Shown here: piece after piece, positions 12,056 to 24,129 of the stretch
How positions within the stretch are numbered: position 1 is the first letter of the stretch
Layout: each line of letters opens with the position of its first letter
NCBI GenBank assembly: GCA_010093605.1
Contig: MU004184.1
Span: 2,405,737 to 2,469,736 of the forward strand
Length of the DNA stretch: 64,000 bases
Reading direction: 5' to 3'
From: Lophium mytilinum
Taxonomy: Eukaryota
Made by a program: the position numbers and the translations under genes
Notes under the pieces: model-generated
What the model saw: the letters and a program-made list of their open reading frames with translations, nothing else
What the model was told of the DNA's origin: nothing
Databases searched by the model: none

Positions 12056-13895
12056 GATTGGCAAGCGAAAATGGCGGTAATTGTGGTGGTGTTGAGAGGA
12101 CAGTTGATGTAAGGAGAAGGAGAGGGAATGGAGGCGATTAGGCGGGCATTTAGTATCTACGAAGCCGGTCGCTACATTTGAATGGTAAATCACTAGAGCT
12201 ACACTCGAGTTTCTTCGTAGGTATACGTGAGCTGTAAGAGTGCGGGTGCCCGTGTGTACTACGTGAATGGGGAGATCGAGCGTTGACGCCGCGGAAGTGG
12301 TAGCTTCATATGCAATTTCTGTTCGGCGAACCTTCAACTTGAGCAGAGGCTTATTCATACTTGAGACTTTTCTATAGTAATCTAGTGGACACAAAGTCCC
12401 TTAATTTGGGTGAGTTACTGGCGCACCTTGTGTTGAATGGAGGCTGTACCATCTGATATAAGGCAGAACGCGACATTTATGCACATGGAACGAACCTGTT
12501 TGCTACCGGCAGTGATTGCTCCAGATATTTGTCATAGTGTAACACGTTGTGAGCATTGCCTTCTAATAAACCTTTTCCCAAGATATGCTTGCACGCTCCA
12601 GGCATTGGCTTTCGTTGCTTTCGTGTTCATGCCTCCCCAGCTCATGTAAGAATCTTAACGTAATTATGCACTCGTCTTTAGCCTTTTCGACCAGCATCCG
12701 CGAAAGTACCCGATCATTTGTCGTACAACTGAGGACGTGAACCAGTGGTTTGCGTAATACGCACGTGACAGACCATAGGCTGTAGCGCAGATGGAAGCGA
12801 AACGGTGATGGACATTCACCAAGAATTGTTCTTTGGGTCTCCTTAGTTAAGTTGCGGCTCGAAAAGGAACATATGCAGGCCATGCTAGCCAGCAGCTCTG
12901 TGGAGAAAATCAGACGTTAGGGGAGATATAGCGAGAAATTCTTGCCGCGCGGTGATCCGTTTAACTTTTTACCCTATACGGACGCTGCTCTTACATACCT
13001 CTCCCCTTAGGCGAACAGTCAGCGTATTTCTCTCATTACCTAAGAGGCCAAGCCACTCCAAGCAGTTCAGACCGTTGTAACTTGGAGGCTAGTGTTTTCA
13101 CGGGTCACCAGTATCCTAGCGCTTTCGCGAGCGGATATATCGTTCCGTGGGCCGATCTGCACCCGTCGCCTTCCTGAGGCTGGCAAAGACTGGTTCTGGC
13201 GTGTCTTCAGGTTCCGGATCAGCCTCCGCCCCATCGAAGCTGTTGCATACAACAGCACCATGCTCAAGGTCTTCAGATCCCAGTATGTGCCTTTCTGTCC
13301 GCCAAACTTGAATCCGGGATTACTCAGGCCTTCATCTGCCTCGGCAATGATAATGCCGAACTGCCCTACATCGTCCGCTTCGGATCTCTATTTATCTTCC
13401 TCCTAAGCCGCACCATTCTTAGTATTGTTAGGGATGACCAGGTATCTCCAAGATTGAATCATTGACCGCCACAATGCATTGTTATCGCCGGTATGGCGCC
13501 AATGTTCCTGCATCTGGATTATCTTGTCTGATGATGGAGAGCCCGTTGAGACAGAAACACACCAGGTAGTCAGGAAATCACCAAGACGAGGGTTTTCTGG
13601 ATGTATACGGAACAGTAACGATAGCATTGCTACACCGTCAACATCGTTTTTCCAGCTAAGCTGGTAACCGTATCTAGGTATGATAGTTTCGACTTGTTGA
13701 CAAGTAAAAATGTCAGCTGCTTATAGCTTAACAGACTAGGCATTTATCTTCGCCCAAGAAGACTGCCCACTGGACGCTACATACTCCTATTCCAAAAGAA
13801 AAAAAAGAATAATGCTTCATGTTCGCAGATTGAGGATATTCGAGAGCCATCATCCACACCGCATCCCCCTTCGATCTAGACAGAACAGCCGCCTT

Positions 13896-14862
13896 CTACT
13901 TGCGGGTGCGAAGACTGTAAAAGCTATAACGGAAGGCGCCTTCATTGACAGCAGCGTCGGAGCCAGTCGGTTCGGCATCGTCATCCTCCCTACCGTCTAG
14001 GCTCATCTCATCAGTATCTGCGCCGGTGGCTGTATTAAAGTCAGTGGTTTGCATGTAAGCTTTCCGAGATCTTTTGCTTACGTGAGTCATCGTTGAAGCC
14101 GGGCCGATTCTCGGTTGTGTCATTGACATCCTTTGGGTCTAGGAGTTCACTGTCTTCCTTAGCGTAGGTGGGTGGGTTGTTGATTTCCGTGATGTTGGCA
14201 TCGGTTTGGGCACCAGCGTCATCGGAATCGGCACCAGTGCTGGAGCCCTGTTTCACTTCTGTCCGATGTGAAGCACTAGCGGCCCCTTGGGTGCCATCCC
14301 ATTCTTCGTCTCCGCTGTCTTCTTCGGTGCTGGTGACATCCTCGGTCTCGCTATTTCCCCATGCCAGCCCCATAGCAGCGAAATCAGCATCGGTTTCTTC
14401 GTCTGTGGCTGCAGTCACAACAGGATCCAACTCCTCGACGCTATTGGCGGCAGCAGTCTTAGTATCAGCATGTCTCGGCGCCAACCCCATAGCTACGAAA
14501 TCACCCCGAATCTCTTCCGCAGAGGCTCCAGTAACAAGAGACCTCGACTCCTCCACAGGCTCCGTCCTGCAGACCCGCTCCTCCACCGGAGGGTCCCCAG
14601 AGGTGCCATCCAAAAGCGCTTGTACTGTCGTAGTAGCCAAGGTCCGAGTAGTGCAGAATTCCATCACATCTGCCTCTGAGAGCTCTATAGCATGGACACG
14701 GCGTAGATGGGCGCGGAAAGCAGCGACGCCGTTGAGAAACTTGAAGTCAGGGGTGCCGTTTCCGTTCGTTCCGTTCCCATCGCAAACGCAGCACTCGAGC
14801 TCCGCCCACTGCTGGCCCCCAACGTACACGAAGTGCGGCCAGTTGGATACCTTATACTTCAT
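13896..14862 (-). CDS. Zinc-finger (CxxC..HxxxH) acidic protein, family copy A; intron 14030-14081
   Basis: WPHFVYVG..WAELECCVCDGNG..FKFLNGVAAFRAHLRRVH. A GTAAGC..CTGAC..CAG intron joins ORF 14041-14862 in frame to ORF 13896-14129, ending FRYSFYSLRTRK. Confidence 0.75.
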
Positions 14863-16901
14863 AGTGGTGTTGTTGAGCTCTTCTTGAGTAGAGCAGCAAA
14901 AATATGAAGAAGGAGTAGCTTGGTTGTGGTTAGGATAGGGGCCTCGTTAGGAGTCTGATTTGAAATGTTATGGTGTGGGTGGTGGTGTAGATTGTATAGG
15001 TGTGCGATGAGGAGAAATGTGTGTCTCCAAGGAGAAGAAGAGGTGCTTTAAGTACTTTAGTACATCATGGTCCCGATTCACTGATCAGGTCGCGAAGCAG
15101 CCCTCCAGCGGGCGGGCAAGCTTCTCGTGAATTCTTGTGAGGTTTGGCGCTGGCCGCGCTCTCTGGTGAGCGGAGTCTCATTTGAAGATATAATAGTGAA
15201 TGATTGGTATAAAAGCATTCTGAGAGCATATCGCGTATGTTTATCTTCTCGCATACGCTTCTTTGCGTGTAGGGCTGACTGTGATATTGCAAAGGAGGAG
15301 AAAGTGTAATAGTGAGACCTACCGTCCCTCAGGCTTATATGAAGGCCGCAAACGCGATACGTTGAAGCTTGCTATGAACAAACTGTGGTCGATGCACTTC
15401 TCAATGTCGGATCCCTCATCCTGGACCCAACTTTGCCTTTCGTTCAATGTTTATACGGTTTGGGGCGTCTTGTTACTAAACAATGCATTACATTGGAGTC
15501 AACGCGCTTACCAAATCTATGTTAGGGATTTGATCCTGTACGATTCAATCTTACTGTTAACTCTCGACTGATTTCGTCTAACTCTTAGGCGAACAATCAT
15601 TTAGTGTTCACTGTAAGATTTGAGAGTCTGTGGAGGCTACACGCGGCGGGCGTGGTTTTACCTCTGACAGCTCTGAAGGAAAGGGGCTGTCTTCCTTATC
15701 CTAAAGTCTTGCTGGGAAATATGGTATTAAATTTCCTGGATCCACAACACCATCTAATCTGGCCTGGATCATAAATGCCCATTTCTACAATTGCTATGCG
15801 TGAGCCAGCGTATAGCATGGCCGCCTTAGTCTCCTTACTAGATCTGGGGCCATCTTCGCTCCACCCCTCCCCACACAGTGCCTCAACTCAACTTTCCTGA
15901 CTCACACGTCCACAAATCTTGCATCAGATGTACAAGTCCCCATCCCATGCGTCCCATGCAGGAGCAACCGGGTTTGACATGATCAAGCTGGCCACTTAAT
16001 ACCCCCGGGGTGTCTTGAAGCATCCGACGGTATGGCGAAGCAAAAATCTTTCTCGTGATTGCCCTAGTGTACAATACCATCCCTTTAGCGAGAGGTGGGG
16101 TGGCTCCCATCTTCTTAGACGCACATGCCTTCTCTTGTGTGTGTTCTTATTATTCTTTCCTCTTTCAAACCTGTAAACATGTCCATTGCAAGCGGCGAAG
16201 GGTTCCTTGCTGTCTGAGGTCGCTCATCTATTCTATAGGTCGCCCAAAAAGATGCATATGGGTAGAATTGATGATGGCAGCCAGCGAGGAGAAGGATGGA
16301 CGTTGGAGAATGTGGGGTGGATCACGTGAGCGGCTTGTGGGATGAAGTCGGCATGCCGATGCTGCGATGCCGATCGGCTTTCGGCGCGCCCCGCCATCTG
16401 TCATACTCTGTCATACGCCGAAAACTCGTCCTTCAGGCATCCCGCGGCCGCTCTATCAAGCTTTCCGAGGTCCATCTTTCACGATCCAGCCCGGTGTGCC
16501 GGTATCACGGAAGACGCTGAGAATGAGATGAGTCATGCTGTATTTCTGCTTACTCTTCCCGGTTTGCTGTCACAGTATCACAGTCTACAGGTTCTCGCGA
16601 CGTGCTACTACATGCAGCTAAGCAGTTCCCCGCTCGATTGATGTCTAGGCACGCCCTGCACTCCACATAAGCGGCAGGAGACGTCATGCGGACGGGAAGG
16701 TATAGCTGAGGTGGGGTCTACGCAAACTTCTTCATCGAAAAACCCTGCCAGTCACTCATCCACTGACTCTTCTACTGTCGCAACTGATCTACCATCCTGC
16801 ACACCCATTTCCATACCTCACATCCATTTCAGTTCCTTGATTGCGCTTCATTTGCCTTGCGACAATTGCACAACCCCGCCTGGCCCATTCGTTGAGTCAC
16901 A

Positions 16902-18326
16902 ATGGCCACAACCACCACCACGGCGAACGGCGCTGTTCATTTCACCCAAAATGCGCCCTCAAACACGGCGACAAATCCAGCGACGCCAGAAAACACCTCC
17001 CAAGAAGAGCAAGCCGCCATCCTCGCCTCCGTCATTGCCCTCACAGCCCTCTTCTCCACCACCGTCGAAGCCCTCACCCTCGTCCACCCCTCCGCCTCCA
17101 CCCACGTCCAAAAGCTCGCCCTCACGCGCCTAGGCATCCAGCAAGGCCGCCTCCTCATCTTCGGTGACGCCGTCGGCATCTCCTCACCGCCCGCAAGCAT
17201 CGCAACTCATTTCGTCCCGTCCCACGCCGGCCTGTCGAACCCAGACCCCGAGGCACCGATAAACTTCGGGCCGCGCGATGCACGGCTAGACGAACCCGAG
17301 ATGCGGAAGCAGGTCGAGGAGCGTCTCGATGCCATCGTCAGCAGGCCGGAGAAGCTGGGCCGGGAGGAGCTGATGTCTATGTACGGGCTGAAAGCGCCGA
17401 AGCGGTTGAGCGGCGCAGGGGCGGTGGGCGAGCAGGCAGTCGATATGAACCGCCTTGAAGCTTTCCGCGAGAAGTATGCGCTACTGCAAGATCTGTCACA
17501 CAAGAAAGCGCGGATCCCGCCGAGGCGGGGGATGAGCATGGTGGCGCAGCATTGGACGGTCAAGGATGTGGAGAAGTTTAATGCGTTTATTGGTATGGTT
17601 AAGATGCAGGTGGATCAATTGATTGCTTTGTTTGGCGTCGAGGAGCAGGTGGAAAGGGGGATGAAGATTGATATCAAGAGCTTGGGCTGGCACCCTGATC
17701 TGAGTGGGGCCCAAATGAGGAAGGATTGGAGCAAGCTGAAGCTGATTAGGCAGGCCTGCGAGGGGAACTATCCCGCGTTTGTTCAAGCAACCGACACGGC
17801 GTTGAAGTATATCAACCAAGAGCTGCGGGGAAATGCGAAGCTGCCTCCGTTGGACTATGCGGCGAAGGAGGAGACCCCAACGGCGCCGGCCATCCGTCCG
17901 GAGTCCCCGAAGCGACCGGGGTTGTTGAAGCTGTTTTCGGGGAGTGCCTGGAGCGGAAAGAAGAAGAAGGGCCCGCAAAGGAGTCTGAGTACCGCTGGTT
18001 TGAAAAAGCCCTTAGAAGACACACCGAGATCCATGTCAGAGGACATGCAAAAGGAGTCCTTGGCAGACCTAGAGCCGGTGAGGTCGAAATCGTTGTCTGC
18101 GATGTCAGGAAAGGCTCCGGTCACCATCGATAGCGTCCTGGTTCAATCGAGCTCCAACGACTCAAATGTTCCTGTTGCGGAGGACAATCCGGACGATGCG
18201 CAATATCAACTCTCGCAAGTCGAAACGGCAAAGAGTCTCGTTGATCGACATGATATGTGGGATGGGCCTGGAAGAGTCCCGACCAAGGACATCCGGTGGG
18301 CGGCTAAGAAAAATGCTGAGCGTTGA
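16902..18326 (+). CDS. HeLo (prion-inhibition and propagation)-like domain protein
   Basis: 474-aa ORF. The N-terminus ASVIALTALFSTTVEALTLV..KLALTRLGIQQGRLLIFGDAVGI fits the HeLo pattern (LxxLFxxxVxxxxxI..xRLxxxxxRLxxWGxxVGL), recognised by eye. Confidence 0.7.
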   Translation: MATTTTTANGAVHFTQNAPSNTATNPATPENTSQEEQAAILASVIALTALFSTTVEALTLVHPSASTHVQKLALTRLGIQQGRLLIFGDAVGISSPPASIATHFVPSHAGLSNPDPEAPINFGPRDARLDEPEMRKQVEERLDAIVSRPEKLGREELMSMYGLKAPKRLSGAGAVGEQAVDMNRLEAFREKYALLQDLSHKKARIPPRRGMSMVAQHWTVKDVEKFNAFIGMVKMQVDQLIALFGVEEQVERGMKIDIKSLGWHPDLSGAQMRKDWSKLKLIRQACEGNYPAFVQATDTALKYINQELRGNAKLPPLDYAAKEETPTAPAIRPESPKRPGLLKLFSGSAWSGKKKKGPQRSLSTAGLKKPLEDTPRSMSEDMQKESLADLEPVRSKSLSAMSGKAPVTIDSVLVQSSSNDSNVPVAEDNPDDAQYQLSQVETAKSLVDRHDMWDGPGRVPTKDIRWAAKKNAER

Positions 18327-20005
18327 GTTTATTTTCACTTTCTTTCAGCTTCAAGATACCTCCTGAGGCGTTTTAATTTTGTTTCTTCTTCGACGACTTT
18401 CAGCGTTACTTTTAATATCAACACTTTGACAAAACGAGTCTAAGTTTTCATTTCGTACTCACGTACATTCGCATTTAATGAGCACATCTCTCTACAACGT
18501 CAATTATAATCCGACACACCTCTCATGCCGTTTTTGCATGATCACCGAAGCACATTGCAAAAACGTCCCATTGTATCCATATCCGTTAATATTCAAACTC
18601 CATCGCAAAGCCTAATTTGTCCAAGAAACTCCGCATTCATGAACGTCGAGATAACTAGGCGGCTTGGTGGTTGTGGAATTCTCGATACACGGTTGATATT
18701 TGGATGTCGTGCACGTGATGTATAGATCTACTGGAGAAACGTTTCCTACATAGATCTAGTGTAATTCGAGGCCTGCACGGGCCTCTCAAACGTGTATAAA
18801 GCCTAGCTAGACTCCTACCTAGAATCGACATCTATTGTCCTCCATATTCTTACATCACGTGATCAGAAATATCACAGGGTTTTCGAACCGCCGGTGGATC
18901 ATTCACTAGTATTACGCGGTCCGAGGCCCACCTAAGCACTTTGGAGCTTACTAATATTCTCTCAATTCCAACGGCCGTTTTTCACATCCTTGCTTGAACT
19001 CTAGCCTACCGCACACCGGAATCAGCTGCCTGAGCGTTGTAGCAGCTACGTCGGTCTCCTTTGCTCTCGTTGAGAGAACTCTCAGTGTCTTCGGCTCTGC
19101 TATCAACCTCGTCACGCTAGACCAGCGTCGAATGTCCTCCGAGGCGGCAGAGTCATCTACCGCTTCCCGAGTGTTTGTTCTCGTGCACATTTGTCGCTGT
19201 GGCGTTGCGGGTGGCGAGTCTGCGGTTTTGCTGGAATACGATCGGCTTTTCGGGGGATGAGGGGGTGGGGCCTGACGTGAAGGCGCTCGTTATAACTGGT
19301 TGGGCCAATGTGGTTGGGGTGGTTGTTTTCTATGCGCTCCTGGGCTTTTTAGGCCCGGTTTTGCGGACTGCTGGGTCGATACGGGGTGGTGTGCTGATCG
19401 AAACACCGTGTGATTAGGTAGAACAAACTGGTTAACCGGGTAGGAGAGACCGTAGTCGATTGACGGAGCAAGCAGTTTGTATGCTATATTAGTATGCTAC
19501 TAAGCTCTGTTCGTAGGGTACGCAGTTTCTCGTTCAGCCGGACTGAACTCTAAGATTGGGAGAGTTAGAAAATTATGTAGAGGCCCACTAGACGGTAGAA
19601 GAAACGCGAAGAAACGCAACTTATACACAAGACGTTCTCATGCGTATAGACTAGGTATTCGAAATTTCATCCCCCCCAGGTAGGTCATTGAACGCGGCAG
19701 GCCGCCGTAAATGACGAACAGCTGTATTCAGTGGCGCCGTGTTGTTGCTCACTACTGGAACATTCACATTTCTGGCTCTTGAGGTGAACTGAAAAGCTCG
19801 AAAGGGGGTGCAGTAAATATGTCATCGTTGTTTTCTAGAGGAAGTTTGTTTCTAACAACATCTTCCTTACCACCACCACAAATCACAAGGGAACATTACC
19901 AAACAAGCCAGTCTTCGTGTTCTTTTAAAGTTCATATTCTTGAAGGGAATGCTTCGCTCAAGTACCTTGTTCACGAGGACCGTGTCCGCTAGGAGCTCCA
20001 CTACC

Positions 20006-20900
20006 ATGACCAAAGAACTCCTAGACGAGGCTCTCTCGGCCCCGGACCTCCTCAACCGCTTTAAGGAGATCAAGGGATTGGAAAAAAAGATCACGGAGAA
20101 AGACGAGCAGGTCCAGACGGTGTTCAGAGACCTGATCACGAAGCCACAAACCCGAGCCACGGAGGACGACCTCGCATCGATAGAGCACGTACACAAGGTG
20201 TACCTCGCGCATCTCCTCAAGCTCTCTCTCTCGAAAACTGTATGGCCCTGCCTTATACCCTCTAATTCCCAGCCACTAACTAGGATAGAAACTCCTTTCG
20301 AAACCTCGACTCAGCCTCGCCGACTCCCTCAACCACCCACCTCCCCCTCCTCCTCGGCCTACAGCAGCCCGCCCAAAGCGCCCAGACTGGCCCCATCTCG
20401 TCTACGTCGGGAGCGGGAGGTCGATTGAGCTGCGCTGCTTCTGCTGCCATGGCAGTGGACACGAAACTGACGACGGCCATGGGTTCAAGTATCTCAGCGG
20501 CCTTGTTGGACTCGCCGAACACATCTACAAGGTTCATGGTGCTCAGCTCCCCGTTGCGATACTCCTTAAAGAGTGCGCTGTGCGGAAATTGTCAGAGGCG
20601 GAGGTGCGGGCGTTGTTGGTAGGCGGTTCGGTGTTGCGGCCGATGGTGGAGTGGCCGTGTAAGACTTTGGACGATGGGTAGGTGTTTGTGGGGTTGGCTG
20701 GTGAGCGGTCTGGGTAGATGGGTGAGTGGATGTATCTATATACAGGGGAATTGGACGCACTTATTGACTTCGACCTAGACGAGGATACCGAGACGAGGGG
20801 GGCTGTTGCGGTAGCTGGGGACAGGCAGGTCTGGAACTCTCGAGTCAAGAAACTGCGTGCCACCCCGCGCACGGGGAGCTTTTACCGCAGGAAGAAGTAG
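20006..20900 (+). CDS. Zinc-finger family copy B with N-terminal coiled coil; introns 20240-20288 and probably 20659-20745
   Basis: Exon 1 is MTKELLDEAL..LSKT, followed by a GTATGG..CTAAC..TAG intron. Exon 2 (absent from the ORF track) reads RPDWPHLVYVGSGRSIELRCFCCHGSG..FKYLSGLVGLAEHIYKVHG. A GTAAGA..ACAG intron would join it in frame to ..GSFYRRKK (stop at 20900). Confidence 0.65.
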
Positions 20901-22112
20901 GGGTCGAATCTAAATAGCCCTGAGTAAGGCTTGTGTTGGATGAACACCCTCAGAGCATTAGGTGATGGGGCTAATATTGATACTTCTAATCATGACGTGG
21001 AGGGTGAAGCCTAGTATGTTAAATAGCAATAAGTTGTAGATAACCGTTCGTGTTTGCAACTCGGTCAAGGCTGTGTTATCACTTTCAATGGAGCGTAGCT
21101 GCAGATAGAACGTGTTAGGCGTTACATTGCCTCTTTTGAGACCTCTTTCAATCTGCAATTGAACTGCCAATCAATGCGCCGGGCAGCTAACAATGAACGA
21201 TATCCAGGTCATGCAGCACCCTAAGTATGGTTTCTTTGCCAACCGATCGGCTTGACGGCGTTGCCTGCTCCTTTAGAAACCTGTAAAGCTGCTGTCACTA
21301 CTATGCCGAGAGGAGGGCGGGAGAGGTATTCTCTCATCGGTCTTGGGGCTGCTTCCGACCTTGTCAGCCTTCCCTATTGATAAGATTGCTCTCAATTTGC
21401 TACGTAGTCCCTGGAATCTCAAACTAGACGGGTAAATGTTTGGCCAAGTGGCAAGAGTTTTCGAGAGAATGGCAAATCAACCGGACTGCACTTCGCCATA
21501 TATTGGGCAAGTGATCGAGTCAGCAACCGTTGAACTGATCAAAGATGAAATACCCATGTTCTATTCTATGTTCTCGTTTCTCGAAGTTGTTCATTAGGAG
21601 TAACAAATCGCAGAACCGAAGTGCGGTTAGTTTTATCTATTTTAAGCACGTATTACATCGAGGAGCCTGGGTAATAGACTTTGCCTATATATCCAAGCTT
21701 CATGACCAGTCGAAAATCGCGCTACTAATCTTATATCTTTACTTATTTACTCCTCCTTCATAGAGCCAGCAACAGTGCCAAGAACGATTGACTGTTGCGG
21801 CCTTCCCAACATTCACTTTTAGAATACAATGCGTACAATGTTCACCGGAAATCAGAAGCAGTCAACTCTAGCGACGCTTCTGGGTAAAAGAGAGGCACTC
21901 ACTTTGCGAGGTCTAGACTCTCCAGTGAACTGATATGCCATGATCTGTGATTATTTAAGGCTTTCATCCACTACGAGGCAGGGCTTCTGCACAACAACAT
22001 CCATCGGCCCACCACACACCCAAGCCTTCAAACCACACAACACACAAGGTCCCACTTTGTAGCCATCCTTCCTCTCCAACAACAGCCCAATTCCACCGTC
22101 GGTACCCAAGCT

Positions 22113-22754
22113 ATGAATCGCTCACGCCACGGACGTGCCGCTATGCCGTTCAAGAAGAGGAAGTCTCGGGTGGTCGGAGCCACCGAAGCTGAGATTAGGT
22201 CGGACTTTGCAGCCATGGGCATAATCTTCAAGGAGGTTTCGGTGAATACTCCTGTCCGAGATCGCCAACCTCGTCGCGAAAATAAGGCTGCTGGAGAGGA
22301 GATTAAGACTGAGGTTTCCGCTGCCGATAGCGACGACGACGCCCAGGACCATGAGTACAGCAGCGACCTCGAGGCTGATACCGATCTGGACCCTGAGATC
22401 AATGCAGGAGAGGGCCGTATCGCCTGCACTAGGTCAGGCCATCCATACATCGATCTACGCGATGATGACGGAGGCAACAATACCGATCTCGACCTGGAGG
22501 TCAATGCGGGAGAAGGCCGTATCGCTTATACTAGGTTACGACATCCATACATCGACCGAACCGATGAGGACGAAGACAACGAAGGCGAAAACGGGCAGGA
22601 AATCGGGAGCATGACCGACAATGATGAGATAATGGAGGAAACAGGTTCGGAAGCTGAGGAACCGGCCCACACGACTCTTACTATTCCTGATGTGGCACTC
22701 ATGGCTAAAGCCTACCGGTATACTGACTACTCTCTTCGTCAGCGGAAGAAGTAA
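22113..22754 (+). CDS. Acidic protein related to the C-terminal half of the zinc-finger family (no finger)
   Basis: 213-aa ORF sharing ATEAEIRSDFAAMG with copy A (ASAEEIRGDFVAMG, ATDEETDADFAAMG) and ending YRYTDYSLRQRKK. Confidence 0.65.
   Translation: MNRSRHGRAAMPFKKRKSRVVGATEAEIRSDFAAMGIIFKEVSVNTPVRDRQPRRENKAAGEEIKTEVSAADSDDDAQDHEYSSDLEADTDLDPEINAGEGRIACTRSGHPYIDLRDDDGGNNTDLDLEVNAGEGRIAYTRLRHPYIDRTDEDEDNEGENGQEIGSMTDNDEIMEETGSEAEEPAHTTLTIPDVALMAKAYRYTDYSLRQRKK
22378..22557 (+). repeat. Intragenic tandem repeat, 102-bp period
   Basis: ataccgatct.gacc...gag.tcaatgc.ggaga.ggccgtatcgc...actaggt....catccatacatcga at 22378 and 22480; encodes TDLDxExNAGEGRIAxTRxxHPYID twice. Confidence 0.9.
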
Positions 22755-23406
22755 GCGCTTCAGCAAGGGTGGCAAGCGTTGGCTTTGGCATCGAAGGGGG
22801 TGGCCCGAGGTGTAGGGTGAGTTGAGGGACATAAAACGAGACTGGCCTTTCCCTTCCGTCTTTCTTCAATATACTTACCGCATTTGCTACGTGCTGTTAT
22901 GGCACGAGTTTAGGCGAGGGAGTAGATCCTGGATCAGCGGCAAAGCGGCTCTATAGATATCTTCCCTCTACACGATAATTGAATCATTGAATATGAAGAA
23001 ACTGATTATGAACCTCAATGCTATCTTCTCGAAAAGCCGATCCCATAGTGTGGAAGGTTTTCTCTTGTTTCTTTTTTCCCTATCCGGTACTAAATATTGA
23101 TAAATATCTAGAATGTTTGAGAATGTCGTCGTTGAGAGTAACTACAAAGAGATTTTAACTTCAATGCTTGCCATGTCCCTCTAATTTGTCGACACATTTC
23201 GCAGGCAATCCCCTACTGGTGGAGGTGAATCACCTCATGGGAAATTTCATCTTCCGCCCCAATAGACTCTTTTTTCACAACGGCCACCTTACCACCACCA
23301 CACCACGCACGTCCACGTACCCAGAGGCCTCCAGGTGACCAAAGATACCATCATCCTCCCACGTCCCTCCCTTCAACAGTTCAACCACATAGCCACTGTC
23401 CCTATC

Positions 23407-24129
23407 ATGGACCAACAAACCCCCACCCTTCGAACCCTACCCAAGATCAAGGTCTCTCATTGGCCGCACATCATCTACATCGGCGACCAGAAATGGGCAG
23501 AGCTTGAGTGCTACCTCTGCCACGGCAACGGATCCGACGGAAACGGCACCCACGCTTTCAAGTTTCTCAGCGGCATTACTGCCTTCGGTGTCCACCTCAG
23601 TCGTATCCACGGTGTCAAGCTAGAACACGACGAGATCCAGGCCAAGTGCACCGCTCGAGTCTTACGCCACGCGACATTGGTGGGGCTTTTGAATGGTACT
23701 GCTAGGGCGGCCCCGGTGGAGAAGCGCGGTTGTGAGATGATGACAGTTGAGGAGAAAGAGTCGGAAGTGAGCGTGGCGACCCGCGACGAGATCGACACAG
23801 ATCTCGCGGCGGTGGGACTGGGTGGTGTTGGGCTTGAGGCGTCCTCTCACAATAGCGACGACGAGGTTCCCGAGGACCAAGATGTCACTGGAACGCAAGG
23901 CATTGCTACGGATCTCCATGGGGATCAAGCGGAAGAGCGCGTTGGGGCTGATCTTGAGGTCTATACTCCCGCTTTCGATAATGACGAGTTCGCTGACAAG
24001 GACGAAAGCGATGAGGCCAATGAAGTTGAGGACGCAACGGAGAACGATGGCACCCGGGAACTTCAGGAGGATGCCAACGAAGTAACTTTAGGACAGAAGA
24101 CGAACATCGGGGCTTCGACGATACAGTAG
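23407..24129 (+). CDS. Zinc-finger family copy C (3' end uncertain)
   Basis: ATG at 23407; KVSHWPHIIYIGDQKWAELECYLCHGNG..FKFLSGITAFGVHLSRIHG, ATRDEIDTDLAAVGL and an acidic tail. Closely similar to copy A, in inverted orientation. Confidence 0.75.
   Translation: MDQQTPTLRTLPKIKVSHWPHIIYIGDQKWAELECYLCHGNGSDGNGTHAFKFLSGITAFGVHLSRIHGVKLEHDEIQAKCTARVLRHATLVGLLNGTARAAPVEKRGCEMMTVEEKESEVSVATRDEIDTDLAAVGLGGVGLEASSHNSDDEVPEDQDVTGTQGIATDLHGDQAEERVGADLEVYTPAFDNDEFADKDESDEANEVEDATENDGTRELQEDANEVTLGQKTNIGASTIQ

Noticed and set aside
13067..13670. Stop-interrupted minus-strand reading frame
   Set aside because: Could be a gene relic, but there is no recognisable motif or paralog to support it.
18000..18326. 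HET-s-type amyloid motif at the end of the HeLo protein
   Set aside because: No paired N/G-rich pseudo-repeats seen and no adjacent NLR gene.
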